From assembly GCA_963773685.1 (NCBI GenBank), contig CAVZBY010000011.1, positions 469,532-533,531 of the forward strand: 64,000 bases of DNA, in the 5' to 3' direction. Shown piece after piece: positions 46,360 to 54,188 of the stretch; position 1 is the stretch's first letter; every line of letters begins with the position of its first letter. The translations under genes were made by a program, and so were the position numbers. The stretch comes from Candidatus Aminicenantes bacterium. GTDB taxonomy: Bacteria; Acidobacteriota; Aminicenantia; Aminicenantales; Saccharicenantaceae. Below the pieces are notes generated by a model, which saw nothing but the letters and a program-made list of their open reading frames with translations, searched no databases and was not told the origin of the DNA.

Positions 46360-47467
46360 GCTTCGCCTTCCTTCCCCGTTTCTTGACCAGGAGGGCCACG
46401 ACCAGGTTGGCTTGGAGGTTGGCGACGATCGCGACGCGGGGGGCCATCGGGCTCACGCCCTCCGGGCACTGGCTTTCCTCGTCTCCACAAACATACAGAT
46501 CGCCCATCCTCCGGCTGTGGAGCTTCCGGTTGCCCCCATATCCCGCGAGCCCCGAAGCCGCGACGATGGGCCTGCCGGCTCGCTGAGATAGCCATGTATC
46601 GATGAGCATCCGCTTCGCCTCGGCCCGGTCGAACGCTTCGACCATCACATCGGCGTCCCCGAAGATGGGGACAACGTTCGCGGCCGTGATCTCGACGTCA
46701 TGGACCGCGTAGTCCGAGTAGGGGTTGATCTCCTCCAGGTTCTCCTTGAGGGCCTCGACCTTCCTCCGCCCGATCTGGCTCACGAAGTACTGCTGGCGGT
46801 TGAGGTTGGAGGCTTCTATGGCGTCGCGGTCGGCGACGATGAGCCGGCCGACACCCGCCCTGGCGAGCGAGACCGCGATGTTCGAACCGAGGCCTCCCGC
46901 CCCGGCGATCCCCACCGTGGCCTTGCGCAGGGCGGCCAGAACGCGCGGGTCTCGTTTCGCGAACAGCGCCTCGGCGCCGGCTCCGGACGCCGTCGAGGGC
47001 GCGGCGACAACAAGGTCGGCAAGCTCCTTCGTCTGCGAAGTCCGCAGGACCGATGCCTCTCCCCCGGCCGGGCCGTCGGAGATCACGGCCAGAAGCTCAT
47101 CGGGAGGGATGGCGATCCGTTCGGCGCCTTCGCGGACCAGGCTGATCTTCTGCAGACCACCCAAGGCCTTGCCGCCCTCGACGAGGACGATATCGACTCC
47201 GGTGAAAAAACGGCGGGCAAGATCCTCGATATCCGGCGCGCTCTTCAGGAAGACCGCCGCTCGCGAGGGCGTGACGAGCCCGACCATCCCGGCGCCGGCC
47301 TCTGTGAACGTCCAGGTATCCTTGCCTTCCGTGTCGAGGGCAACTTCCTTGTGGGTATGCTTGATGACGCCGACCTTCAGGCCCCGCGACCGGAGCTCGG
47401 GGATGAGCCCGGCGAGAAGCGTTGTCTTACCGCTTCCGGACGGACCGACGACGGCGATGACCTTCAT
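46343..47467 (-). CDS. fusion protein: MobB-like (molybdopterin-guanine dinucleotide biosynthesis adapter, P-loop) N-terminal domain plus ThiF/MoeB/HesA-family E1-like adenylyltransferase C-terminal domain
   Basis: The N-terminus [39 protein letters not shown] is MobB. The C-terminus [41 protein letters not shown] is the E1 nucleotide-binding motif. I take the ATG at 47467 as the start; the track's TTG at 47503 coincides with a -35 box. Confidence 0.7.
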   Translation of the reverse strand: MKVIAVVGPSGSGKTTLLAGLIPELRSRGLKVGVIKHTHKEVALDTEGKDTWTFTEAGAGMVGLVTPSRAAVFLKSAPDIEDLARRFFTGVDIVLVEGGKALGGLQKISLVREGAERIAIPPDELLAVISDGPAGGEASVLRTSQTKELADLVVAAPSTASGAGAEALFAKRDPRVLAALRKATVGIAGAGGLGSNIAVSLARAGVGRLIVADRDAIEASNLNRQQYFVSQIGRRKVEALKENLEEINPYSDYAVHDVEITAANVVPIFGDADVMVEAFDRAEAKRMLIDTWLSQRAGRPIVAASGLAGYGGNRKLHSRRMGDLYVCGDEESQCPEGVSPMAPRVAIVANLQANLVVALLVKKRGRKAKHVQGQ

Positions 47468-47474
47468 CTCGCTT

Positions 47475-47503
47475 TTTATAACATACAGCCCCGGGGCTGT
47501 CAA
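47475..47503 (-). promoter_or_regulatory. near-consensus sigma-70 promoter with embedded 16-bp palindrome; implies a leaderless or very short-leader mobB-thiF mRNA
   Basis: The minus strand reads TTGACA (47503-47498), a 17-nt spacer, TATAAA (47480-47475), 7 nt, then ATG (47467). The spacer contains the perfect palindrome ACAGCCCCGGGGCTGT (47485-47500). Confidence 0.45.
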
Positions 47504-47528
47504 AAATCACCGTGGTCCCGATGTCGCG

Positions 47529-47674
47529 AGGCCTTTGGGCTGCGCTCAAGATCCGGAACGCAGGCTGAAGCCCGCGGCGGCAACTCAGGACGCCGTCGCC
47601 GTTGTCTTATAGCCGCAACCTTTAGGTTGCGCTTTAGATCGATCCAAGCGCAGGCTGAAGCCTGCGGCTGCAGC
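47529..47674. repeat. two ~56-59-bp imperfect tandem copies of a hairpin-containing unit (period ~88-90 bp)
   Basis: Copy 1 (47529-47584) and copy 2 (47616-47674) share the core cgcaggctgaagcc[c/t]gcggc (47559-47578 and 47649-47668). In copy 2 this forms the palindrome GCAGGCT-GA-AGCCTGC. Copy 2 also has the hairpin CGCAACC-ttta-GGTTGCG (47614-47631), whose copy-1 counterpart is GCC-ttt-GGC. Confidence 0.65.
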
Positions 47675-47696
47675 TCGGCTGCCGCGGGCGATCTGC

Positions 47697-48197
47697 TCAG
47701 GGCTTGCCGCAGTCGCCGACCTGGCCCTTCAACAGCTCGACCGCATGGGAAAGCGCGGGCAGGATGACCTCCAGGTTCTCTCGGGCGGCTTTCGGACTTC
47801 CTGGAAGATTGACGATCAGGGTCGTCTTCCGGATACCGGCGACGGCGCGGGATAACATGGCCGTAGGCGTCTTCTTGAGGCTTTCGGCGCGCATGGCCTC
47901 CGCGAGACCGGGGGCTTCCTTTTCCAGGACCTCCCGGGTCGCTTCCGGCGTCACGTCCCGGGGCGCGAAACCCGTCCCCCCGGTGGTCAGGATGACGTCG
48001 ACGTCCCCGGAATCGGCGACCGCTTCGAGCTCCGCCCGGATGGCCGGCCTGTCGTCCGGGAGGATCGCGATATGGACCGCTTCCCCGCCGTTCTCCCTGA
48101 CGATCGACGCGAGAAGCGGACCGCTCACGTCGACGCGCTGGCCCTTCGCGGAACGGTCGGAGATCGTCAGGACGGCGAAACGGAGACTCCTAAGCAT
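47697..48197 (-). CDS. moaB: MoaB/Mog-family molybdenum cofactor biosynthesis protein
   Basis: 166 aa from the ATG at 48197. It reads FAVLTISDRSAKG....DVILTTGGTGFAPRDVTPEA...LSRAVAGIRKTTLIVNLPGSPKA. Confidence 0.8.
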   Translation of the reverse strand: MLRSLRFAVLTISDRSAKGQRVDVSGPLLASIVRENGGEAVHIAILPDDRPAIRAELEAVADSGDVDVILTTGGTGFAPRDVTPEATREVLEKEAPGLAEAMRAESLKKTPTAMLSRAVAGIRKTTLIVNLPGSPKAARENLEVILPALSHAVELLKGQVGDCGKP

Positions 48198-48675
48198 GGT
48201 CTTTCTCCTTGCCCTCCGGAAGGGATTCGATCTCGACCGAAGCTCCCGGCGCAACCGGTCCGCCGGCGAGAACGCGGGCGAAGATCCCCTCCCTGGGCAT
48301 GACGCAATCCCCCGCCTGCTCGAAGATGGCACAGCGGTCATGGCAGACCTTGCCGATCTGGCTGACCTCGAGACGCGTCCCTTCGCCGACGCGGAGGACC
48401 GCGCCGACGGGAAGCGACACGAGCTCGATCCCGGAGGTCGTGATGTTCTCGGCGAAGTCGCCGGGACCCACGTCAAGCCCGATGTCCCTCATCTTTTGAA
48501 TGCTCTCGAGAGCCAGAAGGCTGACCTGACGGTGCCCGTCCCCGGCGTGGGCGTCGCCTTCGAGCCCGAGGCCGGGAAGGGCGCGGCACTCCGGGACCGG
48601 GGCCTTCCGGACGCCCTTCGTCCGGCTGACGTTGACGGAGACGACGGTCCCCGCCTCACCACGCGAACGAGCCAC
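48190..48675 (-). CDS. MOSC-domain protein
   Basis: 161 aa with GLEGDAHAG..HRQVSLL, ENITTSGIEL, and KVCHDRCAIF (conserved Cys). The start is uncertain, and the gene overlaps the moaC end by 20 nt. Confidence 0.7.
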   Translation of the reverse strand: MARSRGEAGTVVSVNVSRTKGVRKAPVPECRALPGLGLEGDAHAGDGHRQVSLLALESIQKMRDIGLDVGPGDFAENITTSGIELVSLPVGAVLRVGEGTRLEVSQIGKVCHDRCAIFEQAGDCVMPREGIFARVLAGGPVAPGASVEIESLPEGKEKDHA

Positions 48676-49132
48676 TCTTTCCCCCTTCCTTCGCGAGGAG
48701 GCGGATGCCTCCGATGACCATGCGCTTATCCGCGGCCTTGCACATGTCGTAAACGGTGAGGCAGGCCGCCGCCACCGCCGTCAGGGCCTCCATTTCGACG
48801 CCGGTCCGGTCAACGGCTTTGATCTCGGCGGTCACCCGGACCAGCCCTTCGTCGGGGACGGGGACAACGGCGACGTCGATGTGGGTCAGCCGCAGGGGAT
48901 GACAGAGGGGGATCCATTCGGACGCCTTCTTCGCCGCCTGGATGCCCGCGAGGCGCGCCGTGGTCAGGACGTCTCCCTTCGGGACCGTGTTCGAGGCGAT
49001 GAGCTCGAGGGTCTTGCGGGCGAGTCCGATCTCGCCGCAGGCCCGCGCCATCCGCTTCGTTTCGGCCTTGCCGCCGACATCGACCATGCGCGGCCGCCCC
49101 TTCGCATCCACATGGGTCAGCTTCATGCTCAA
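48656..49132 (-). CDS. moaC: cyclic pyranopterin monophosphate synthase accessory protein MoaC
   Basis: 158 aa with LTHVDAKGRPRMVDVGGK, KGDVLTTARLAGIQAAKK, IPLCHP, and VEMEALTA. Confidence 0.9.
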   Translation of the reverse strand: MSMKLTHVDAKGRPRMVDVGGKAETKRMARACGEIGLARKTLELIASNTVPKGDVLTTARLAGIQAAKKASEWIPLCHPLRLTHIDVAVVPVPDEGLVRVTAEIKAVDRTGVEMEALTAVAAACLTVYDMCKAADKRMVIGGIRLLAKEGGKSGSFAW

Positions 49133-50088
49133 CCTCCTATCGTCCGCAGGCCATTGCCCCTCTTCGCCCCCGACGCTTCTTCGCGGTCCCGGGGCTTGCC
49201 CGACAGGGCCGCGCGGAGGGCTTCTCTCAGCACATCATCGTCCGCCCCGGACCTCAGGAGCGCCTTGAGGTCCGTCGCCCGCTCGGCGAACAGGCAGGGC
49301 AGGAGGCGCCCGTCGGCCGAGATCCTGAGCCGGTTGCACGAGGCGCAGAAATGGTCCGAATAGGGGCTGATGAACCCGAAGCTCCCTTTCATCCCCGGAA
49401 GGGCATAATATCGGGCGGGCCCGGCGCCTTCGGGCGCAGGGGCCTCCTCCAGCCGGCCGAACGCGCCGAGCCTGGCCCGGGCGTCCCGGCAGGAGACGAA
49501 ATAGCCGCGGGCCGGGGAGAAATCCATCAGCTCGATGAACCGGACATGGACCGGTTTTTCCCGGGCCAGGTCCACGAAGCGCGAGAAATCGTCGTTCTTG
49601 CCCTTGAGGAGGACGACGTTGATCTTGACCGGAGAAAAGCCTTTGGCCAGCGCGGCGTCGACGGCTTCGAGGACCGAGGCCAGCCGCCCCCCCCCGGTGA
49701 TCTCCGCATAGGTCGCCGGGTCCAGCGTATCCAGGCTGATATTAATGCGCTTCAGGCCGGCCTCGCGAAGCTCATCCAAATGCTCCATGAGGAGGATCCC
49801 GTTGGTGGTCAGGGAGATGTCATCCGCGCCTTTGAGCCCGACGAGCGACCGTATGAATCCCGCGAGGCCCTTGCGGACAAGGGGCTCCCCTCCCGTCACC
49901 CGGAACTTGACGACGCCGATCTCCAGGGCGAGCCGGGCCAGCCGCAGGAACTCCTCGTAGGACAGGATCTCCTCGGGCGGGAGGAACCGGAACTCGCGGC
50001 CCGGCGAACAATAGATGCACCTCAGGTTGCACCTGTCGGTCACGGACAGGCGCATGTAGTTGATCGGCCGGTCGTGGAGGTCTCTCAT
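49129..50088 (-). CDS. moaA: GTP 3',8-cyclase MoaA (radical SAM)
   Basis: 319 aa with LSVTDRCNLRCIYC (CxxxCxxC) and C-terminal second-cluster cysteines (FCASCNRLR). Confidence 0.9.
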   Translation of the reverse strand: MRDLHDRPINYMRLSVTDRCNLRCIYCSPGREFRFLPPEEILSYEEFLRLARLALEIGVVKFRVTGGEPLVRKGLAGFIRSLVGLKGADDISLTTNGILLMEHLDELREAGLKRINISLDTLDPATYAEITGGGRLASVLEAVDAALAKGFSPVKINVVLLKGKNDDFSRFVDLAREKPVHVRFIELMDFSPARGYFVSCRDARARLGAFGRLEEAPAPEGAGPARYYALPGMKGSFGFISPYSDHFCASCNRLRISADGRLLPCLFAERATDLKALLRSGADDDVLREALRAALSGKPRDREEASGAKRGNGLRTIGG

Positions 50089-50089
50089 G

Positions 50090-51316
50090 TCACCACCCGA
50101 CCCTGTGCGCCCTGACCTTCGTCCCCGCCGGCAGGTACCCGGCCTCGGCGGGAACGAGGGCCAGCGCGTCCGCCGGGATCATGCTCCTCAGCAGGCCCGA
50201 GCCCTGGCCTCCCGTCTCTTCCGCCCACATCTCGCCGTCCCTGGTCGAGAGCTTCACGCGCAGGAAATGGAGGCGCCCCCTTTTCTTCTTGACCTCCCGG
50301 GCGAGCCGGACCTCGATCTCTTCCGGGAGAAAATCGACCCGGCCCGAAAGCAGGTTCAGGAAGGGCCGCACGTACTCTTCGAAAAGGATCATCACGGCCC
50401 CGGGATTGCCGGGGAGGCCGAAGAGCCAGCGTGGGCCGTCGGCCCCGTCCCGAACATAAAAGGTCAGAGGCATGCCGGGCTTCTGGGCGACCTTCCAGAA
50501 GATCCGCCGCGCGCCGACGTTCTCGAAGGCATCCCGGACGAGATCGTAATCCCCCATCGACACGCCGCCTGTCGTGAGAACGACAGGGGAGCTCCGGAGG
50601 GCTTCATGGAGGAGGGCGGCGGACGCTTCCAGGCTATCGGCGGCTCTGCCGGTAAATGCGAGCCGGGCGCCGGCAGAGGCGATCTGGGCCTTGAGGATAT
50701 GGCTGTTGCTGTCGTAGATCGCGCCCGGGTCCAAGGCTTCGGACACGTCTCTGATCTCCCCGCCCGTCGTGATCGCGGCTACGTCCGGCCGAAGGGATAC
50801 GGGGACCTTCGCGATGCCGAGGGCGGCCAGAAAGCCGACGGCCGCCGAATTCAGGAACGCTCCTTTTGCAAGAGCCGTTTCCCCATTTCGGATGTCCTCC
50901 CCCGACCGGCGGATGTTCGCCCCGGAGGCTATGGAATGGGAGATACCGATCTCCGCGGGGCCTTCCCGGACGTCCTCGCGCGGGATGACGGCGTCGGCCC
51001 CCGGCGGGATGGGGGCCCCGGTCATGATCTTAACCGCGGTCCCGGAGGCGACGACCCCGGTCAGGACCGTGCCGGCCGGCGCTTCCCCCGCCAAGCGGAG
51101 CGAGGCCGCCCCTGTAATGGTGTCGGCACTGCGAACAGCATAGCCGTCCATGGCGGAATTATCGAACGGCGGCAGGGCCCGCGGCGCGATAATATCCGTC
51201 CCGAGCACCCTCCTGAAAGCCTCATCGAGCCGAACCTCTTCGATTCCCAATGGCCGGGCCGTCTCAAAGACCGCTTTCCGGGCCGCTTCGTAGTCGATCA
51301 TCTCATCCTTCTCCAT
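50090..51316 (-). CDS. moeA: molybdopterin molybdo/tungsto-transferase MoeA
   Basis: 408 aa with PPFDNSAMDGYAV, TTGGVSMGDYD, and GLPGNP. Confidence 0.9.
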   Translation of the reverse strand: MEKDEMIDYEAARKAVFETARPLGIEEVRLDEAFRRVLGTDIIAPRALPPFDNSAMDGYAVRSADTITGAASLRLAGEAPAGTVLTGVVASGTAVKIMTGAPIPPGADAVIPREDVREGPAEIGISHSIASGANIRRSGEDIRNGETALAKGAFLNSAAVGFLAALGIAKVPVSLRPDVAAITTGGEIRDVSEALDPGAIYDSNSHILKAQIASAGARLAFTGRAADSLEASAALLHEALRSSPVVLTTGGVSMGDYDLVRDAFENVGARRIFWKVAQKPGMPLTFYVRDGADGPRWLFGLPGNPGAVMILFEEYVRPFLNLLSGRVDFLPEEIEVRLAREVKKKRGRLHFLRVKLSTRDGEMWAEETGGQGSGLLRSMIPADALALVPAEAGYLPAGTKVRAHRVGW

Positions 51317-52391
51317 TCCCGTTCCCGTTCTCCCGGACGGCCGGAAGGGCCCTCAAAGAAGAGGCCTTGATGCCGGCCCAGGCACTCTGCCCGCGACCGA
51401 TGCCCAGCTCCTCGACGGAGGCCTTCGTCAGCAGAGCTTTCAAGGGGAATCCGCAGTCGAGCGTGATGAGGGCGAAACGGTCGGACGGCGCGATCTCGAC
51501 CACTTTTCCCTCGAACCAGTTCCGGACACTGCTCTCGAAGCGCTGCCTGGCGATGAGAACGTCCTCGGGCCTGACGAAGAGGAGGACCTCGGAACCCGCC
51601 TCGGCCCGGCCGGAAGCGAGGATCCGATGCGCTCCGTGGGAAACGACGAGGAGGTCTCCCCTCCGTTCCTCGACGACGCCCTTGAGGAGCGTCGCGTGGC
51701 CGAGGAGCCTTGCCGCCTCGTCGTCCGCGGGAGAAGCGAAGACCTCTTCGGTCCGTCCCTCCTGCAGGAGCTTGCCCCCGACGAGGACGGCCAGCCGGTC
51801 TCCCAGGTACGCGGCCTCTTCCCTGTGGTGCGTGACGAAGACGGCGGTCTGGCCGGTGGCGTGGAGGACGCGATCGAGCTCGGCGATGAGCTCCTCCCGG
51901 GTCGGGGCGTCCAGCGGTGAGAACGGCTCGTCGAGGAACAGGATATCGGGCTCGAGGATGAACGCCCGCGCTAGATTGACGCGTTGGACCTCTCCTCCCG
52001 AGAGCTTCCGGGCGTCCCGGCCGAGAAGATGCCCGAGGGAAAAGAGGGATGCCGCCTTGTCGAGCCGCCGCCTCATTTCGGGGCCCGGGACCTTGCGGAC
52101 CTTCAGCCCGTAAAGGATGTTCCGTTCGACGGAGCCGGCGAACAGGAAGGGCCTCTGGAGGAGGAGCACGAAGCGGCGCCGGAGCTCCAGGCCGTTCCGC
52201 CGGCCGACCTCCTCGCCTCGATACGAGATCGTCCCGCCGCAGGGCCTTTCTTGAAGGGAGGCGATCCTCAGGAGCGTGCTCTTGCCGGACCCGTTGGGCC
52301 CCAGAACGGCGAGGCATTCGCCGCGGAAGACGGAGAAGCGGGGAACGTCCAGGACCGTCACCGGCCCGTAGGCGTGACGAAGGCCCGTCAT
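51303..52391 (-). CDS. tupC: ABC transporter ATP-binding subunit with C-terminal TOBE/Mop domain (tungstate/molybdate type)
   Basis: 362 aa from the ATG at 52391. It has Walker A GPNGSGKST, signature LSGGEVQR, Walker B ILFLDEP, and a C-terminal TOBE-like FEGKVVEI..LITLDCGFPLKALLT. The symbol comes from context with tupA. Confidence 0.75.
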   Translation of the reverse strand: MTGLRHAYGPVTVLDVPRFSVFRGECLAVLGPNGSGKSTLLRIASLQERPCGGTISYRGEEVGRRNGLELRRRFVLLLQRPFLFAGSVERNILYGLKVRKVPGPEMRRRLDKAASLFSLGHLLGRDARKLSGGEVQRVNLARAFILEPDILFLDEPFSPLDAPTREELIAELDRVLHATGQTAVFVTHHREEAAYLGDRLAVLVGGKLLQEGRTEEVFASPADDEAARLLGHATLLKGVVEERRGDLLVVSHGAHRILASGRAEAGSEVLLFVRPEDVLIARQRFESSVRNWFEGKVVEIAPSDRFALITLDCGFPLKALLTKASVEELGIGRGQSAWAGIKASSLRALPAVRENGNGNGEG

Positions 52392-53107
52392 CTCCAGGTG
52401 CGCGGCTTCCACGCCTTCGCTCCTTTCTGCTGGATCGAGGTCAGGAAAAAATTGACGGCGAAGCTCAGGGCCAGGAGGACGATGGAGAGCGCGATGGCGG
52501 CCTCGAAGCGTCCCATCCGCGTCTCCTGGACGATGGCCGTCGTCAGGACCCGGGTTTGGCCTTTGATATTGCCGCCGACCATGAGGACGGCCCCGACCTC
52601 GGAGATGGCCCCGCCGAACCCGGCCATGACGGCGGCCAGCTGAGGGAGCCGGGCCTCGCGGAACAGGACGAGCGCGGCCTGGAGGTTCGAGGCCCCGAGG
52701 GCCCTGGCCTGGAGAACAGCCAGCGGATCGACGTTCTGGAAAGCCGCCAGGGAGAGCCCCGCGATGATCGGCACGACGATGATCACCTGGGCGATGACCA
52801 TGGCCGCCGGAGAGTAGATGAGACGGAGCCCGCCCAAAGGGCCGGTCCGCCATAGGAACAGGGCGACGAAGAGGCCGACGACGACCGGAGGAAGCCCCAT
52901 GCCCGTATTGATAAGAGAAACGAGGAGGCGCCTTCCGGGGAATCGGGCCATCGACAGCCAGAGACCCAGCGGGATCCCCAAGCCGAGCGCGAAAAGCGTC
53001 GCGAGACCGGAGACCTTCAGCGTCAGCATGGCCGCCCGGGCCACCTCGGGATCCAGGGACGCCAACATCCCGAAAGCCTGGCGGAGTCCGGTCCAGATAA
53101 GGTCCAA
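52388..53107 (-). CDS. tupB: ABC transporter permease (tungstate/molybdate type)
   Basis: Polytopic, with an EAA-like loop LQARALGASNLQAALVLFREARLPQ. The start is taken at TTG 53107, right after the tupA stop. An internal ATG (MLASL) is an alternative. Confidence 0.7.
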   Translation of the reverse strand: MDLIWTGLRQAFGMLASLDPEVARAAMLTLKVSGLATLFALGLGIPLGLWLSMARFPGRRLLVSLINTGMGLPPVVVGLFVALFLWRTGPLGGLRLIYSPAAMVIAQVIIVVPIIAGLSLAAFQNVDPLAVLQARALGASNLQAALVLFREARLPQLAAVMAGFGGAISEVGAVLMVGGNIKGQTRVLTTAIVQETRMGRFEAAIALSIVLLALSFAVNFFLTSIQQKGAKAWKPRTWR

Positions 53108-53109
53108 GC

Positions 53110-53949
53110 TTATGCTCCCGCGCCTTCCGAGGTCGTTTTCAGGAAGGGCTTGAACAAAGGGACCCCGAACTTGTCCAGGCCGAACTCGCCGATGGCCTTC
53201 TGCGTGGCCGGGCTCAGGAGGAACTCCATGAAGGCTTCGGCGCCTCGGATATTGATGCCCGTGTGCCTCTCCGGATCTACCGTGATCACATGATAGACGT
53301 TCAGGAGATCGGCCTCCCCCTCGACAAGGACGACGAGGTCCAGCCGCGCTTTGACGGCGAGGAAGGTCCCTCGGTCGGTCAGCGTATAGCCGGCTTTTTC
53401 CGAGGCGATCCTCAGGGTCTCGGCCATTCCCTGGCCGGTCTCGAGATACCATGCCCCTGCCGGAGCCAGGTCCGCCCTCTTCCACAGGCCCTTTTCCTTC
53501 TTGTCCGTGCCCGAGGCGTCGGCCCTGGAAACGAAGACGGCCCCGCCGCCGCTGATCGACCGGAGGGCGTCGGCGGCCGGGAGGCCCCGGATCTTGGCCG
53601 GGTCCGCGGCCGGGCCGACGATCACGAAGTCGTTGGACATCAGCTCCTTCCGCTCCCGGCCGAACCCGGCGACCATGAACTTTTCCTCGTCGGCCGGAGA
53701 ATGGACGACGAGGACGTCGGCGCTTCCCTGCTCTCCCATCCGGAGCGCTTCACCGCTGCCCACGGCGATCGTCTTGACGCGGTACGGGAAAGACGATTCA
53801 AAGCGCGGCAGGAGGGTATCGAGGAGGCCGGAGTCCTGAAGACTCGTGGTCGTCGCCAGGATCAGATCGTCGGACGCCCCCGCGCCCGAGATCAGCCCGA
53901 AGACCAGCGTCGCGCCCAGGACAGCCGCCCGGAACCCGCTCTTCCTCAT
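53110..53949 (-). CDS. tupA: tungstate ABC transporter substrate-binding protein (TupA-like)
   Basis: 279 aa with a signal peptide. LILATTTSLQDSGLLDTLLPRFE carries the TTTS..SGLLD anion-binding signature characteristic of TupA-type binders. Confidence 0.8.
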   Translation of the reverse strand: MRKSGFRAAVLGATLVFGLISGAGASDDLILATTTSLQDSGLLDTLLPRFESSFPYRVKTIAVGSGEALRMGEQGSADVLVVHSPADEEKFMVAGFGRERKELMSNDFVIVGPAADPAKIRGLPAADALRSISGGGAVFVSRADASGTDKKEKGLWKRADLAPAGAWYLETGQGMAETLRIASEKAGYTLTDRGTFLAVKARLDLVVLVEGEADLLNVYHVITVDPERHTGINIRGAEAFMEFLLSPATQKAIGEFGLDKFGVPLFKPFLKTTSEGAGA

Positions 53950-53986
53950 ATTCCCTTCTCCGTCCCGGGAGGCCGGCCCTCCCGGT

Positions 53987-54022
53987 AAAAAAAAATGCGC
54001 GCCTTCCGTCCGGAAAGCGCGC
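53987..54022 (-). terminator. intrinsic terminator in the tupA leader (likely riboswitch expression platform)
   Basis: The minus strand reads GCGCGCUUUCC-GGAC-GGAAGGCGCGC (an 11-bp stem including one G-U pair), then A and U9 (A9 at 53987-53995 on plus). It lies between the riboswitch aptamer and the tupA RBS. Confidence 0.7.
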
Positions 54023-54049
54023 CGGTTTCCGTATCCAGGCGGTCCTGCC

Positions 54050-54182
54050 TGGCACCGACCCCTTTCCTCGACGGGAGGCGGGGCCGTTTCCGGCCGCGCC
54101 CTATCGGCCGTCGTCCTTTGTCGGGAAGACTTTAGGATCGACGGCTCGGAGCCTCTCCCCCGCGCGACCCCGCGCGGAGGGC
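54050..54182 (-). promoter_or_regulatory. Moco (molybdenum/tungsten cofactor) riboswitch aptamer, apparently lacking P3
   Basis: The minus strand contains CUCCGAGCC (54151-54143), a long hairpin GCCGUCG..CGACGGC, a GAAA-tetraloop hairpin GGCCG-GAAA-CGGCC, and then CGCCUCCCGUCGAGGAAAGG (ending 54061). This closely parallels the E. coli moaA leader as I recall it, ..CUCUAGCC..CGCCUCCCGUAUCUGGAAAGG. The boundaries are approximate. Confidence 0.6.
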
Positions 54183-54188
54183 TGTTCC

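Noticed and set aside
47501-47503. A TTG start codon for the MobB-ThiF gene, as in the ORF track (46343-47503).
   Set aside because: The TTG is the first half of a TTGACA -35 hexamer with a perfectly spaced TATAAA. The canonical MobB N-terminus MKVIAVVG begins at ATG 47467. I kept 47467 as the start and flagged it for experimental check.
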